DNA of 64,000 nucleotides from Lysobacterales bacterium (GTDB lineage: Bacteria; Pseudomonadota; Gammaproteobacteria; Xanthomonadales; SZUA-5). Shown here one piece after another: positions 10,146-19,298 of the stretch (position 1 is its first letter; every line of letters begins with the position of its first letter). The stretch covers positions 73,834-137,833 of the forward strand of contig JALHMH010000008.1 of the NCBI GenBank assembly GCA_022844165.1, written 5' to 3'. The notes beneath the pieces were generated by a model. The model did not search any database. It was given only the letters and a program-made list of their open reading frames with translations, and was not told the DNA's origin. The position numbers and the translations under genes are program-made.

Positions 10146-10524
10146 ACTGGATCAAGTCCCATCGATTACCGTACAAATCCTCAAACACGGCAACCACGCC
10201 GTAGCTCTTTGTGTCCGGGCCGCGCACAAAGTGCACGCCGTGACTCTGCAGGCGCGAGAACTCTCGGTAGAAGTCGGTCGTTTCAAGAAACAAGAACACA
10301 CGTCCGCCGCACTGATCGCCGACGAACCGCGCCTGCTCTTCGGTTGTCGCGCGTGCCAACACCAACGCAGCGCCGCCGCCGCGTGGGCCAACACGAACGA
10401 AACGTTTGTTCTGTTCCGGGACGGCGCGATCCTCGATCAATTCGAAGTCCATCGTATGACAGAAAAATTCAATTGCCTCGTCGTAGTCGCGGACCATCAG
10501 CGCCACATGCGCCAGTTTGTTCAT
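10138..10524 (-). CDS. VOC/glyoxalase-family protein
   Basis: HVALMVRDYDEAIEFF ... YGVVAVFEDLYGNRWDLIQ. Confidence 0.9.
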   Translation of the reverse strand: MNKLAHVALMVRDYDEAIEFFCHTMDFELIEDRAVPEQNKRFVRVGPRGGGAALVLARATTEEQARFVGDQCGGRVFLFLETTDFYREFSRLQSHGVHFVRGPDTKSYGVVAVFEDLYGNRWDLIQYV

Positions 10525-11021
10525 CGAGAGTCTCCGCGAAGTGCAGCCAGCCAGGCCGACTGCTTGCGTGCGAAGGTCCAACTGGCGTTGGCCGGGCTGG
10601 TCGATGGCAGTTTCAATACTTGAAGGTCTGGGCGCTGGGCCGCAATCGGGGCAAACCAATAGGCAGCTGTTGCCCCGTTCAACAGAATACGGCGAAGATT
10701 GTGATGCTCTTGGAGGAACGGTCCAAGCGGATTGATCACTGCGCTCGACCTGTCGATTTTGCTGTCGAGGCTTCCCAGGCGTCGACATTGTGCGAGCACG
10801 TCCCATAAGGCAATGCCATGTGCGACCAATGCGGCGCAGCGTTCGCTATAGGGTGCTGCGGCGGCAACGCCCGTGACTGTCGATGCGATCGACCAGAAGA
10901 CATTGCGTGGGTGTGCATAGTACTGGCCCGCGGTCAGCGAAGCTGCGCCCGGCATCGAACCGAGCACAAGGAGGTTCGCGGAAACATGCGACAGCGGCAA
11001 GAAAGACTGTATTGCGGACAT
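10521..11021 (-). CDS. DNA-deoxyinosine (hypoxanthine) glycosylase, UDG superfamily
   Basis: LGSMPG, QYYAHPRNVFW, LPSTSPANA motifs. Confidence 0.88.
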   Translation of the reverse strand: MSAIQSFLPLSHVSANLLVLGSMPGAASLTAGQYYAHPRNVFWSIASTVTGVAAAAPYSERCAALVAHGIALWDVLAQCRRLGSLDSKIDRSSAVINPLGPFLQEHHNLRRILLNGATAAYWFAPIAAQRPDLQVLKLPSTSPANASWTFARKQSAWLAALRGDSR

Positions 11022-11126
11022 GCTCGCCAAAGTCCGAATTCTGTCAAAAGGGCATGGACCGAAGTGTCGCTGGACACAAGGGTTTTCTGCAAGCGGCCTT
11101 TTTGATTTGGACGGGCGGAAGCGGGT

Positions 11127-11618
11127 TCAGTGGACCTTATGTAACGCGTCGAGAAGTACAGCGCAAGCGGTGCCCGCAGCCGCCGCCCACAACAGCGGAC
11201 TGCCCAGCAATCCGACCCCCGGTAGTAGTGTCAGAGCGTCTGAAGTGCGCAGAGAATCCACGAGTATCGGACCCGCAAAGACAGCCAGGCAAACCGTGGC
11301 GACAGCACCAGCAACACGGGTCACCCAGCGCTCGATATGCTCGTCGACTTGCGCATCGCGCACCGCGCGCGCAACTGCGGCTGCAAAATCGTCCGGCGGT
11401 TCGGAGCGCGGCATTTGTGTGAGTGCGTGAAACAAGAGACGGTACTCGCCGATCGTGTTGGTATCGGTGCAACCGCCACTGGATGCGGTTGGGGACAACG
11501 GATCAGGCTGTTGATCGCCAGGCAAAGCGCATCGCCCTGACGCATATCTGCGTAACAGCTCCAGTGCCCTTTCCTGTGCCAACCACTCGTTCTGATTCGG
11601 CTGCGATGGCTCGTTCAT
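11127..11618 (-). CDS. Putative membrane anti-sigma factor
   Basis: Coupled to the ECF upstream; PPDDFAAAV followed by two TM helices. Confidence 0.7.
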   Translation of the reverse strand: MNEPSQPNQNEWLAQERALELLRRYASGRCALPGDQQPDPLSPTASSGGCTDTNTIGEYRLLFHALTQMPRSEPPDDFAAAVARAVRDAQVDEHIERWVTRVAGAVATVCLAVFAGPILVDSLRTSDALTLLPGVGLLGSPLLWAAAAGTACAVLLDALHKVH

Positions 11619-12184
11619 GCGACTACTCCAATGGCCTGCTCCAGACACGCGCGCAATCGTTTGCGCGCGCGAAACAGGCTGTTCTTGACCGTTCCTTCGG
11701 GTAATCCCGTCATTTGGCTGATCTCGCCGATTCCCAACTCGTCGAAATGATAAAGACTGATCAGCGTTCGCTGCACGGGAGGTAGCGCTTCGACCGCGGC
11801 GGAAACGGCGGCGCCGAGCTCCGCATCGGCATAAGCATCGGCGAAGTCGAAGTCGTCGGCAATTCGCGTCAGCGGATCCTCCGACGAACTGTCTATGCGA
11901 TGATCGTCGTTGACAGGCAGCTGTTTTCGTTGCAAATGGCGGGTCGCCAGCGAGAATGCGATACGCCCGATCCAGGTCGCCAGCGAGCTGTCGTACCTGA
12001 ACTGCGACAGCTTTTGGTACACGCGAACGAAGACCTCCTGGCTGAGTTCGCGCGTGTCCTCCGGGTGCCGCACCATACGCTCGACCACATGCCAGACCAG
12101 CCGCTGGTGTTGCCGCACCAAACGATCGAACGCACCCGGGGCATATGCCAGTGCTGCTTCCACCAGAGTGCGGTCATCGTTCAT
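11615..12184 (-). CDS. ECF sigma factor (RpoE-like)
   Basis: AFDRLVRQHQ, SQEVFVRVY, GTVKNSLFRAR; start MNDDRTLV inside the long ORF. Confidence 0.92.
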   Translation of the reverse strand: MNDDRTLVEAALAYAPGAFDRLVRQHQRLVWHVVERMVRHPEDTRELSQEVFVRVYQKLSQFRYDSSLATWIGRIAFSLATRHLQRKQLPVNDDHRIDSSSEDPLTRIADDFDFADAYADAELGAAVSAAVEALPPVQRTLISLYHFDELGIGEISQMTGLPEGTVKNSLFRARKRLRACLEQAIGVVA

Positions 12185-12337
12185 GGAAAGATGGATACCA
12201 CGACCGCATCTTCGGTTGCAGTGCCGCCGCGAGTGAGCGTCATGCCGTGGGCGCTTTTTTGGTACCGCATGCAACCGTAGCCACCTTCCCCGTATCTGTC
12301 GGATGCAACGGGCAATTCGACCCGAGCCACGAGGAGC

Positions 12338-12667
12338 ATGGTTGTGAACCTGGAATTTTTGATCCCGATCGTTTTGTTCGTTTGTATCGCAGCGGCCGTC
12401 AAGTTCGTGATGGACGGCCGGGTGCGGCAACGATTGGCGCAGTCCGGCACATCGGAAGATCTGGTGCGAATGATGCTGGCGGCCGACGAAGTGAATCGTA
12501 AAGTGTCTTCTCTCAAATGGGGACTGGTGCTGGTTCTGATCGGAATCGCCTTTGGCATCATCGATATCGCAAACCTCGACGGCAACGATCCCGCCACCTT
12601 CGGCATCGTGATCGGCGCTGCCGGACTGGGTATGCTCGGATTTCATGCGCTGGCCAATCGCAAGTGA
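12338..12667 (+). CDS. Small membrane protein (DUF6249-like), divergent from the ECF
   Basis: AGGAG RBS; three TM helices with SLKWGLV. Confidence 0.75.
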   Translation: MVVNLEFLIPIVLFVCIAAAVKFVMDGRVRQRLAQSGTSEDLVRMMLAADEVNRKVSSLKWGLVLVLIGIAFGIIDIANLDGNDPATFGIVIGAAGLGMLGFHALANRK

Positions 12668-12706
12668 CGAGGGAACGATCTTGAACGACTGCCGTTCAAA
12701 TCGTCC

Positions 12707-13399
12707 ATGAGCGCGCCAGCAGGGGATGCCTGCGGAAATTCGCGATCCGTGACGAGCAACCAGGATGGCGTGCATCCGCGCTTGTTTGACGTGGTATCCC
12801 GCCATCGGAGGCATCAAGATCGGACGCCGATTCACCCGCGCGATGCGGCCGTGGTCGATCAGTGGTTGCAGTTTTCCAGCCCTTTTTCGGCCACGGCCTT
12901 CGATGCTGGCTGCGGCACCGGTGAGAGTACGTTGCAACTGGCGCAACGCCGGCCAGACCGGGCGGTGCTGGGTGTCGATCAATCGGCGCATCGTTTGTCG
13001 CGCATCGGGCGCCATGCGATGCGCAACGCGCTGCTGATTCGCGCCGATTGTTCGGGCGTATGGCGCGCGATGGAGCGGCGCGATGTCACAGTCGATGAGT
13101 TGTATCTGCTGTATCCCAACCCTTGGCCGAAAGCGCATCACTTGTTGCGGCGTTGGCATGCGCATCCGGTGTTCCCGGCGTTAGTAAAAAGCGCGCGAGT
13201 TATCGAGTTGCGGACCAACTGGCTGATCTATGCGGAGGAATTTGCCGCCGCGCTGGGGGTTTTTGGCATCGATGTCACGGTTGAGCCATACCTGGCGCAA
13301 GAGCCCATCAGCCCTTTCGAACGCAAATACCGCGACTCGCACCATCCGCTCTGGCGTCTAAAATCGAAGGAAGCCGCCTTGTCGCGAACAGGCGTATAG
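12707..13399 (+). CDS. trmB: TrmB-like SAM-dependent methyltransferase
   Basis: DAGCGTGE, LYPNPWPK, ELRTNW, SPFERKY. Confidence 0.75.
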   Translation: MSAPAGDACGNSRSVTSNQDGVHPRLFDVVSRHRRHQDRTPIHPRDAAVVDQWLQFSSPFSATAFDAGCGTGESTLQLAQRRPDRAVLGVDQSAHRLSRIGRHAMRNALLIRADCSGVWRAMERRDVTVDELYLLYPNPWPKAHHLLRRWHAHPVFPALVKSARVIELRTNWLIYAEEFAAALGVFGIDVTVEPYLAQEPISPFERKYRDSHHPLWRLKSKEAALSRTGV

Positions 13400-13426
13400 A
13401 CGTCTAAACGTCTAGCGGTTTAGAAT
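13398..13426 (+). promoter_or_regulatory. Tandem Met boxes (MetJ-type operator) overlapping the metB promoter
   Basis: AGACGTCT (8/8), AAACGTCT (7/8), AGCGGTTT (5/8) in 8-bp register, followed by a TAGAAT -10 at 13421-13426. Confidence 0.8.
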
Positions 13427-13456
13427 GCTTTCATCGATCGCCATGACGAGGGCAGC

Positions 13457-14641
13457 ATGAGCAACACTTCCACCACCACCAAAGCGGTTCGCGCCGGGAT
13501 CGATACCGATCGTGGTCACGGCGCAATCGTGCCGCCACTGGTGTTATCCAGCAACTTCTCGTTCGCGGGATTTGCGCAGCCGCGCCGCTACGACTACACA
13601 CGCTCCGGCAATCCAACGCGCGACACTCTGGCCGACGCTTTGGCGGAGCTGGAGGGTGGCTGCGGCGCGGTGGTCACGGCGACCGGGATGGCCGCGATAA
13701 CGTTGGCGCTGCAGTTGGTGCCTGAGGGTGGTCATCTGGTCGCGCCGCACGACTGTTATGGAGGAACCTGGCGGCTGTTCGATACTCTGGCGAACCGCGG
13801 GCGCTTTCGGCTCACGCTGGTCGATCAAGGCAATACCGCTGCGGTTGTGGCAGCGCTGGCAGACGGCGCCGATTTGTTTTGGATCGAAACCCCAAGCAAT
13901 CCGCTCTTGCGCGTTGTCGATATCGCGGCCTTGGCCGCTGCTGCCAAGGCTCATGGCACCATTGTTCTGGTCGACAACACTTTCTTATCCCCGGTTTGGC
14001 AACAGCCTTTGCAATTCGGCGCTGATCTGGTTTTGCATTCGACCACCAAATACTTGAATGGTCATAGCGACGTTGTCGGCGGCGCTATCGTCGCCGCAGG
14101 GCCAGAGCATCTGGAGACGCTCAAGTGGTGGAATAACTGCATGGGCCTGGCGGGTGCACCTTTCGACAGTTACCTGACACTGCGCGGTCTGCGTACGCTG
14201 TCGGCGCGGCTCCGGGTGCATGGCGAGAATGCGCAAGTGCTGGCGGAACTACTGGCCGCACATCCGGTCGTCGAGCACGTGCATTTTCCGGGCCTGACCG
14301 AGCATCCGCAGCACGATCTCGCGGCGCGCCAGCAGCGCGGTTTCGGCGCGATGATCAGCTTTGAGGTCGCCGGTGGTGAGCCCTCTGTTCGAGCACTGAT
14401 TGATGGCCTGAGGCACTTCTCGCTTGCCGAATCCTTGGGCGGTGTCGAGAGCCTGATCGCACATCCGGCGACGATGACGCATGCCTCCATGACGCCAGAA
14501 GCGCGCCAGGTTGCAGGCATCTCCGATCGGTTGTTGCGCCTGAGTGTTGGCATCGAGGAGGTGGGGGATCTTGCCCACGACCTGCGCCAGGCCCTGGACC
14601 GTGCCGCTGCGGCCCGGCCTGGGCTGAGGCGGGCCGCGTAA
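13457..14641 (+). CDS. metB: Cystathionine gamma-synthase
   Basis: YDYTRSGNPTR, ETPSNP, HSTTKYLNGHSD (PLP lysine), SLGGVESL, LRLSVGIE. Confidence 0.93.
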   Translation: MSNTSTTTKAVRAGIDTDRGHGAIVPPLVLSSNFSFAGFAQPRRYDYTRSGNPTRDTLADALAELEGGCGAVVTATGMAAITLALQLVPEGGHLVAPHDCYGGTWRLFDTLANRGRFRLTLVDQGNTAAVVAALADGADLFWIETPSNPLLRVVDIAALAAAAKAHGTIVLVDNTFLSPVWQQPLQFGADLVLHSTTKYLNGHSDVVGGAIVAAGPEHLETLKWWNNCMGLAGAPFDSYLTLRGLRTLSARLRVHGENAQVLAELLAAHPVVEHVHFPGLTEHPQHDLAARQQRGFGAMISFEVAGGEPSVRALIDGLRHFSLAESLGGVESLIAHPATMTHASMTPEARQVAGISDRLLRLSVGIEEVGDLAHDLRQALDRAAAARPGLRRAA

Positions 14642-15054
14642 GCCAGTGCGATTCCGGAGCAGCGCTTTGAACGCGCACCGCACAGGCTGGCGAACGGAAT
14701 CCGCGTTCAGTGTCGGCGAGCGCTGACAGCGAGCGGCTTGCGGCAATATTTTTGGCCGGGCTCGCGGAGAATATGCCTGTCGGCGATTCGTGCGGACCGA
14801 GATCGCGCACTCGCGCAAGCACGATCTGGGATTGGCGCAGTTGCTCAACGGCGAAACTTCACATATGAACCGGGTCAGCCCCCGGTTTTGAGCGACCGCG
14901 CAGCCGTCATTGACCTGATACTTCGCATTGAGCTCGATCAACAACCCGTCACGGTCGATGGATCGGTCGAAGTCCTCGCAGGGCGTCTCTCCCTTGCCAT
15001 CGCAGGCCGGGCCGATGATCCGCACCACGACCAATGGCAACTAAAGGCACTGCG

Positions 15055-15843
15055 TCATCGCGCCGTGTGATGCTGCACCCACCATTGCCCGGCGGTGCGC
15101 ACAACGAATGCGCGCCCGTTCGGTTCACCTGACGAGACCTCGCCATGGAACAAGACTTCAGCACCATCACCGTCGATGCGTACGCGGTCGACGACTGCAT
15201 TGCTCATGGCGAACGGGCGCCACAGCCTGAAATTCTCCCGATGCTCGGCGATCTTGTCAGCACTGCGTGGATCCTGATAGCCGGGTGGAAGAGAGAGTTT
15301 CCTGGCCAGATCGTAGTCGCCATTGGAGCGTGCCTTCAGCAGCGCCAGCAGAGCCTCGGCGGGCGCCGAATCGTTGGCGGCGGGCGACCCGGGAGTAGAG
15401 AGTGTGTCGCTGATCGGAACATCAATGACGAGATCGGATTGGGCATAGCGCCAAGTCGCCTGGACTCTGCCGGTATCGACAGATGCGGATAAGCGCCATC
15501 CGCCAATCGGGTTTCGGTCGTCTTCCATATCCGGCGTGCCAGCACTATCGAAGGCGCGAAATTCGCCATCAGGATGCAGCTCGAAAATCGCAGTTGCGTA
15601 TGAATGCCGCGCCTGATGTTCGTCGCGAATCACTCTCTTATTGACGATGCCGGCGTCGGCAATCGCGAAGCGATCGAAGCGATAGTCGCTGATCGCTACG
15701 TACAGCCGTTTCTCCTCGCGCCAGGCAATGGCATCCACCACGTCCCAATGGCGACCTGCATCGAAAAACGTCCCAGTGACGGAACCTGATTGGGCCAGCG
15801 CAGATGTTGCGATGGCGAACAGAACGACTGCGATCCGGAACAT
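15055..15843 (-). CDS. Secreted hypothetical protein
   Basis: Signal peptide MFRIAVVLFAIATSALA; globular ORF. Confidence 0.7.
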   Translation of the reverse strand: MFRIAVVLFAIATSALAQSGSVTGTFFDAGRHWDVVDAIAWREEKRLYVAISDYRFDRFAIADAGIVNKRVIRDEHQARHSYATAIFELHPDGEFRAFDSAGTPDMEDDRNPIGGWRLSASVDTGRVQATWRYAQSDLVIDVPISDTLSTPGSPAANDSAPAEALLALLKARSNGDYDLARKLSLPPGYQDPRSADKIAEHRENFRLWRPFAMSNAVVDRVRIDGDGAEVLFHGEVSSGEPNGRAFVVRTAGQWWVQHHTAR

Positions 15844-15925
15844 GCCTGACTCCCGCTCAAGTGATGTACTCAAATCACCTACGCATGATCGCAGCAAACC
15901 GGGTCACCAAGTCGCCAGCCGCGGG

Positions 15926-16846
15926 TTAGGCTGCCTGAGCGCTGGTGCGAACGAAATCCACGATCACCTGCGCCAATTCCTCGCCACAATCTTCCTGCAG
16001 AAAATGGCCACCGCCAATGAGCGTGGTATGGCGCTGCTGATTGCAGCCCGGGATCAGCTTCTGCAGAACAGCATCGGCGCCGCGTGTGATCGGATCGCCG
16101 TCGCTGAACGCAGTGAGAAAGGGTTTGTCGAATCGCATCAGCTGCGCCCACGCCTGGCGATTGGGCTCCGCGGCCGGGTCATCGGGACTTGCAGGCACGA
16201 GTGTCGGAAACGCGCGTGCACCGGCCTTGAAACGTTCGTCGGGGAACGGCGCATCGTAGGCGGCCTGTTCTGCCGCGGTCAGCGATTTGACGGTGCCCCT
16301 GGCGATGATTTGTCCTGTTGGGAACACCGGTACGGTTTGCGAGAACTCGCGCCACGCCAGGAAAGCTGCGCCGGGTTTGCTGTCGCCGGTTGGCAGGAAC
16401 GTATTCGCGGCGACCACGCGCGCAAAGCGTTCGGGCATGGCTGCGACCAGGCGCAGCCCAAGCAGGCCGCCCCAATCCTGGCAAACCAGTGTGATGGAAT
16501 TCAGATTGAGCGTGCAGACAAAGTGTGTGAGCCAGTCGACATGTCGTTGGTAGCTGTAATCGCTGCGCTCAGCGGGTTTGTCGGAGCGACCAAATCCCAC
16601 GAGATCCGGCGCGATGACCCGGTGACCCGCAGCCGCAACGATGGGAATCATCTTGCGATACAGATACGACCAACTAGGTTCGCCGTGCAGCATCAACACC
16701 GGTGCGGCGGCGGGCGGTCCCTCGTCCACATAGTGCATGCGCAGAGTTTGTTCGCCTTCGCCGGCCTGGATGTGGACAAAGTTCGGCGCGAAGGGAAACC
16801 CAGGCAGTTCGGAGAAGCAGACATCTGGCGTACGTAGCACTTGCAT
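15926..16846 (-). CDS. Haloalkane dehalogenase
   Basis: LHGEPSWSYLYR, QDWGG nucleophile, GHFLQED. Confidence 0.92.
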   Translation of the reverse strand: MQVLRTPDVCFSELPGFPFAPNFVHIQAGEGEQTLRMHYVDEGPPAAAPVLMLHGEPSWSYLYRKMIPIVAAAGHRVIAPDLVGFGRSDKPAERSDYSYQRHVDWLTHFVCTLNLNSITLVCQDWGGLLGLRLVAAMPERFARVVAANTFLPTGDSKPGAAFLAWREFSQTVPVFPTGQIIARGTVKSLTAAEQAAYDAPFPDERFKAGARAFPTLVPASPDDPAAEPNRQAWAQLMRFDKPFLTAFSDGDPITRGADAVLQKLIPGCNQQRHTTLIGGGHFLQEDCGEELAQVIVDFVRTSAQAA

Positions 16847-16981
16847 GGCGGGATCCTTCGACGGTGCGGCATCGGTGGGCGGATCATCGCTGCTTTCCTG
16901 ATATCAGAGTACTTGGGCACCAGGGTACTTTGCGGCTCACCAGCCGCGTATTGTGGCAACAACTTTGTAGCCATTCTTTCT

Positions 16982-18136
16982 ATGACTCGATACTTCGCGC
17001 CACTCGGCACATTGGTTCTCTGCGCTGTCGCTGGCGCAACTTTGCAGGCCGCAGTGCCGGAACTAGAGCGCTTCGATCAGCGCTTTCGTGAGGTATTGAT
17101 CGAACAATCCATCCCAGGTGGCGCTTACATCGTCGTTGGCAAAGGCCAGGTGCTAAGGTCGGGCGCACACGGTGTGCGACAGATCGGTCAGGTGGAGCCG
17201 GTGGATGTCGACACCGTGTTTCGTCTCGCCTCGGTGTCGAAAACCTTCGCCGGACCGCTGGCGCTCCAGCTGGTTGCCGAGCAACGGATCGATCTTGCCG
17301 ATTCGTTGGTCACGCAGCCGCCCGACTTTCGCTTGAAGCCCGCACTGATGAAACAACTGCGCGTCGAAGATTTGCTTGGGCAATCGACGGGGCTGGTGGC
17401 GAATGCCTACGACAATCTGCTCGATGACGGTCTGCCTTTGGCCAAGATTCTCCCGCAATTCCGCACACTGGAGCCGATTTGTGCGCCCGGTCGCTGTTAC
17501 AGCTACCAGAACATCGCTTTTGCGCAGATTGCGCCCATCCTGTCCAGGGCGGCCGGCACTTCTTACTCGGAGTTAGTCACGCAGCGTCTGTTCGATCCGC
17601 TGGGGATGCGCAGTGCGACGTTTGGACGAGACGCATTGCTGGCCGAAGCGAATGTCGCGCGACCGCATCGCCGCAGGGACGGCGTCTGGGTTCCTGCAGA
17701 GTTGAACGAAGCGTATTACCAATTGCCGGCGGCAGCAGGCATCAATGCCAGTGTCAACGATTTGAGCAAGTGGTTGCTTGCAATGCTGGGCAGCCATCCG
17801 GACGTATTACCGGCCGAGCTGATTGAGGCAACGACGCGCAAGCGCGTGCGTACGCCACGCGAACTCAAACGGCAATTATGGGCCGATCTGCTCAGCGATG
17901 CCCACTATGGTCTGGGTTGGCGCATCTACCAAATCGGCGAGGATGAGCTGTATTTGCACAGTGGTTGGGTCAGAGGTTACGTCACCGAGATCGCGTACTC
18001 GCGCAAGCACGATCTGGGACTGGCGCTGCTGCTGAACGGCGAAACTTTGCACATCAATCGAATCAGCACCTGGTTTTGGGCCACCACACACGGCCGCTCC
18101 GTGCCTGGCGACCCAATGCCGGCTGCTTCGAAGTGA
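16982..18136 (+). CDS. Serine hydrolase (beta-lactamase class C/AmpH-like)
   Basis: SVSK, YQN and HSG motifs; signal peptide. Confidence 0.9.
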   Translation: MTRYFAPLGTLVLCAVAGATLQAAVPELERFDQRFREVLIEQSIPGGAYIVVGKGQVLRSGAHGVRQIGQVEPVDVDTVFRLASVSKTFAGPLALQLVAEQRIDLADSLVTQPPDFRLKPALMKQLRVEDLLGQSTGLVANAYDNLLDDGLPLAKILPQFRTLEPICAPGRCYSYQNIAFAQIAPILSRAAGTSYSELVTQRLFDPLGMRSATFGRDALLAEANVARPHRRRDGVWVPAELNEAYYQLPAAAGINASVNDLSKWLLAMLGSHPDVLPAELIEATTRKRVRTPRELKRQLWADLLSDAHYGLGWRIYQIGEDELYLHSGWVRGYVTEIAYSRKHDLGLALLLNGETLHINRISTWFWATTHGRSVPGDPMPAASK

Positions 18137-18343
18137 GCGCAGGCCGAACGAGGAATCCGCTATGGGTTGGATAAAGACGGGTGGGATCAGGACAGCCTCG
18201 CCGGTACGGTTGCTGGAGCTGTTGATTACCCGGTCCGCCGCTTAAGCGGTTGCACTTTTTGCTTCGCTCTTGCTGTCAGCATTCAGGCAGCGCAAGCCTG
18301 ATCACACTCACTTTTCGCATTCGTCCGAGTTCACCCATGCGGG

Positions 18344-19213
18344 CTAAGGCATCCCGTCGTGCAATGCTTCCGCTTCGTCACGACCTTGCTGGCGAATCGC
18401 TGCGACTTGTCGCGCGTCTTCGATGGCGTCGAGGACTGCATCCACGTCGGCCGGACTTTCGTCGAAAACAAACGTGCCGGTCAGCTCAATATCCGGAGTG
18501 AGCGCGCCGGCCTCGAACAGCGCCCACATTTCTTCGCCGTAGTGCGTGAGCATCAGTTCCGGTGCGAAGCGGCTGAAGCTGGCGCGCAGGTTATGGACAT
18601 CGCGCAACAACATGTCACGCGCGGCATTGTTGCCAGCTGCGCTCACGACCTGCGGCAAATCGATAATGACCGGACCGGCGGCCTCGATCAGTACGTTGTA
18701 CTCGGATAAATCGCCATGGATCAGGCCCAGACACAACATACGCACCACATCGCGCATCAGCCGCGAGTGCCAGTCGAGCGCTTGCGCGTGAGTCAGCTCG
18801 ACTTCGCCCAGGCGTGGCGCTGGGTCGCCATGTTCGTCGGTGACCATCGACATCAGCAGTACGCCGTGGAAGTAACCGTGCGGCTTCGGCACCGACACAC
18901 CCGCGGCCGCAAGACGGTAGAGCGCATCGACTTCGGTGTTCTTCCACACCGCTTCTTGCTCCCGGCGGCCAAACTTGCTGCCGCGATGGATCGCCCGCGA
19001 TTGCCGGCTGCCGCGCACATTGCGGCCTTCCTGATATTGCACGCGCGCTTTGAAACTGCGCTGCGCCATATCCTTGTAGACCTTGGCGCACAGCCGGTTC
19101 GGCCCAGATCGCACGACAAAAACCGAGGCTTCCTTGCCACTTTTCAGCGGCAGCAGCACCTCATCGACAAGGCCATCGTCGACCAGCGGTTGCAGGCCTT
19201 TGGGTATTTTCAT
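18344..19213 (-). CDS. RIO1-family atypical protein kinase
   Basis: KSGKEASV, HGDLSEYN, IIDLPQ. Confidence 0.92.
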   Translation of the reverse strand: MKIPKGLQPLVDDGLVDEVLLPLKSGKEASVFVVRSGPNRLCAKVYKDMAQRSFKARVQYQEGRNVRGSRQSRAIHRGSKFGRREQEAVWKNTEVDALYRLAAAGVSVPKPHGYFHGVLLMSMVTDEHGDPAPRLGEVELTHAQALDWHSRLMRDVVRMLCLGLIHGDLSEYNVLIEAAGPVIIDLPQVVSAAGNNAARDMLLRDVHNLRASFSRFAPELMLTHYGEEMWALFEAGALTPDIELTGTFVFDESPADVDAVLDAIEDARQVAAIRQQGRDEAEALHDGMP

Positions 19214-19298
19214 CTGCAGTGACCGAAGAACTAAGCGCCCTAGTATGGCGCAAGCGTCCCCGAGAGCACCTTCAATTGCCAATGCACGCAGCTGAGCG

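Noticed and set aside
14642-15054. Small gene between metB and the secreted protein
   Set aside because: Candidate ORFs on both strands lack an RBS, motifs or consistent boundaries.
16982-18136. Acquired antibiotic-resistance beta-lactamases (also 43566-45059)
   Set aside because: Generic SxxK serine hydrolases with host-like composition and no mobile context.
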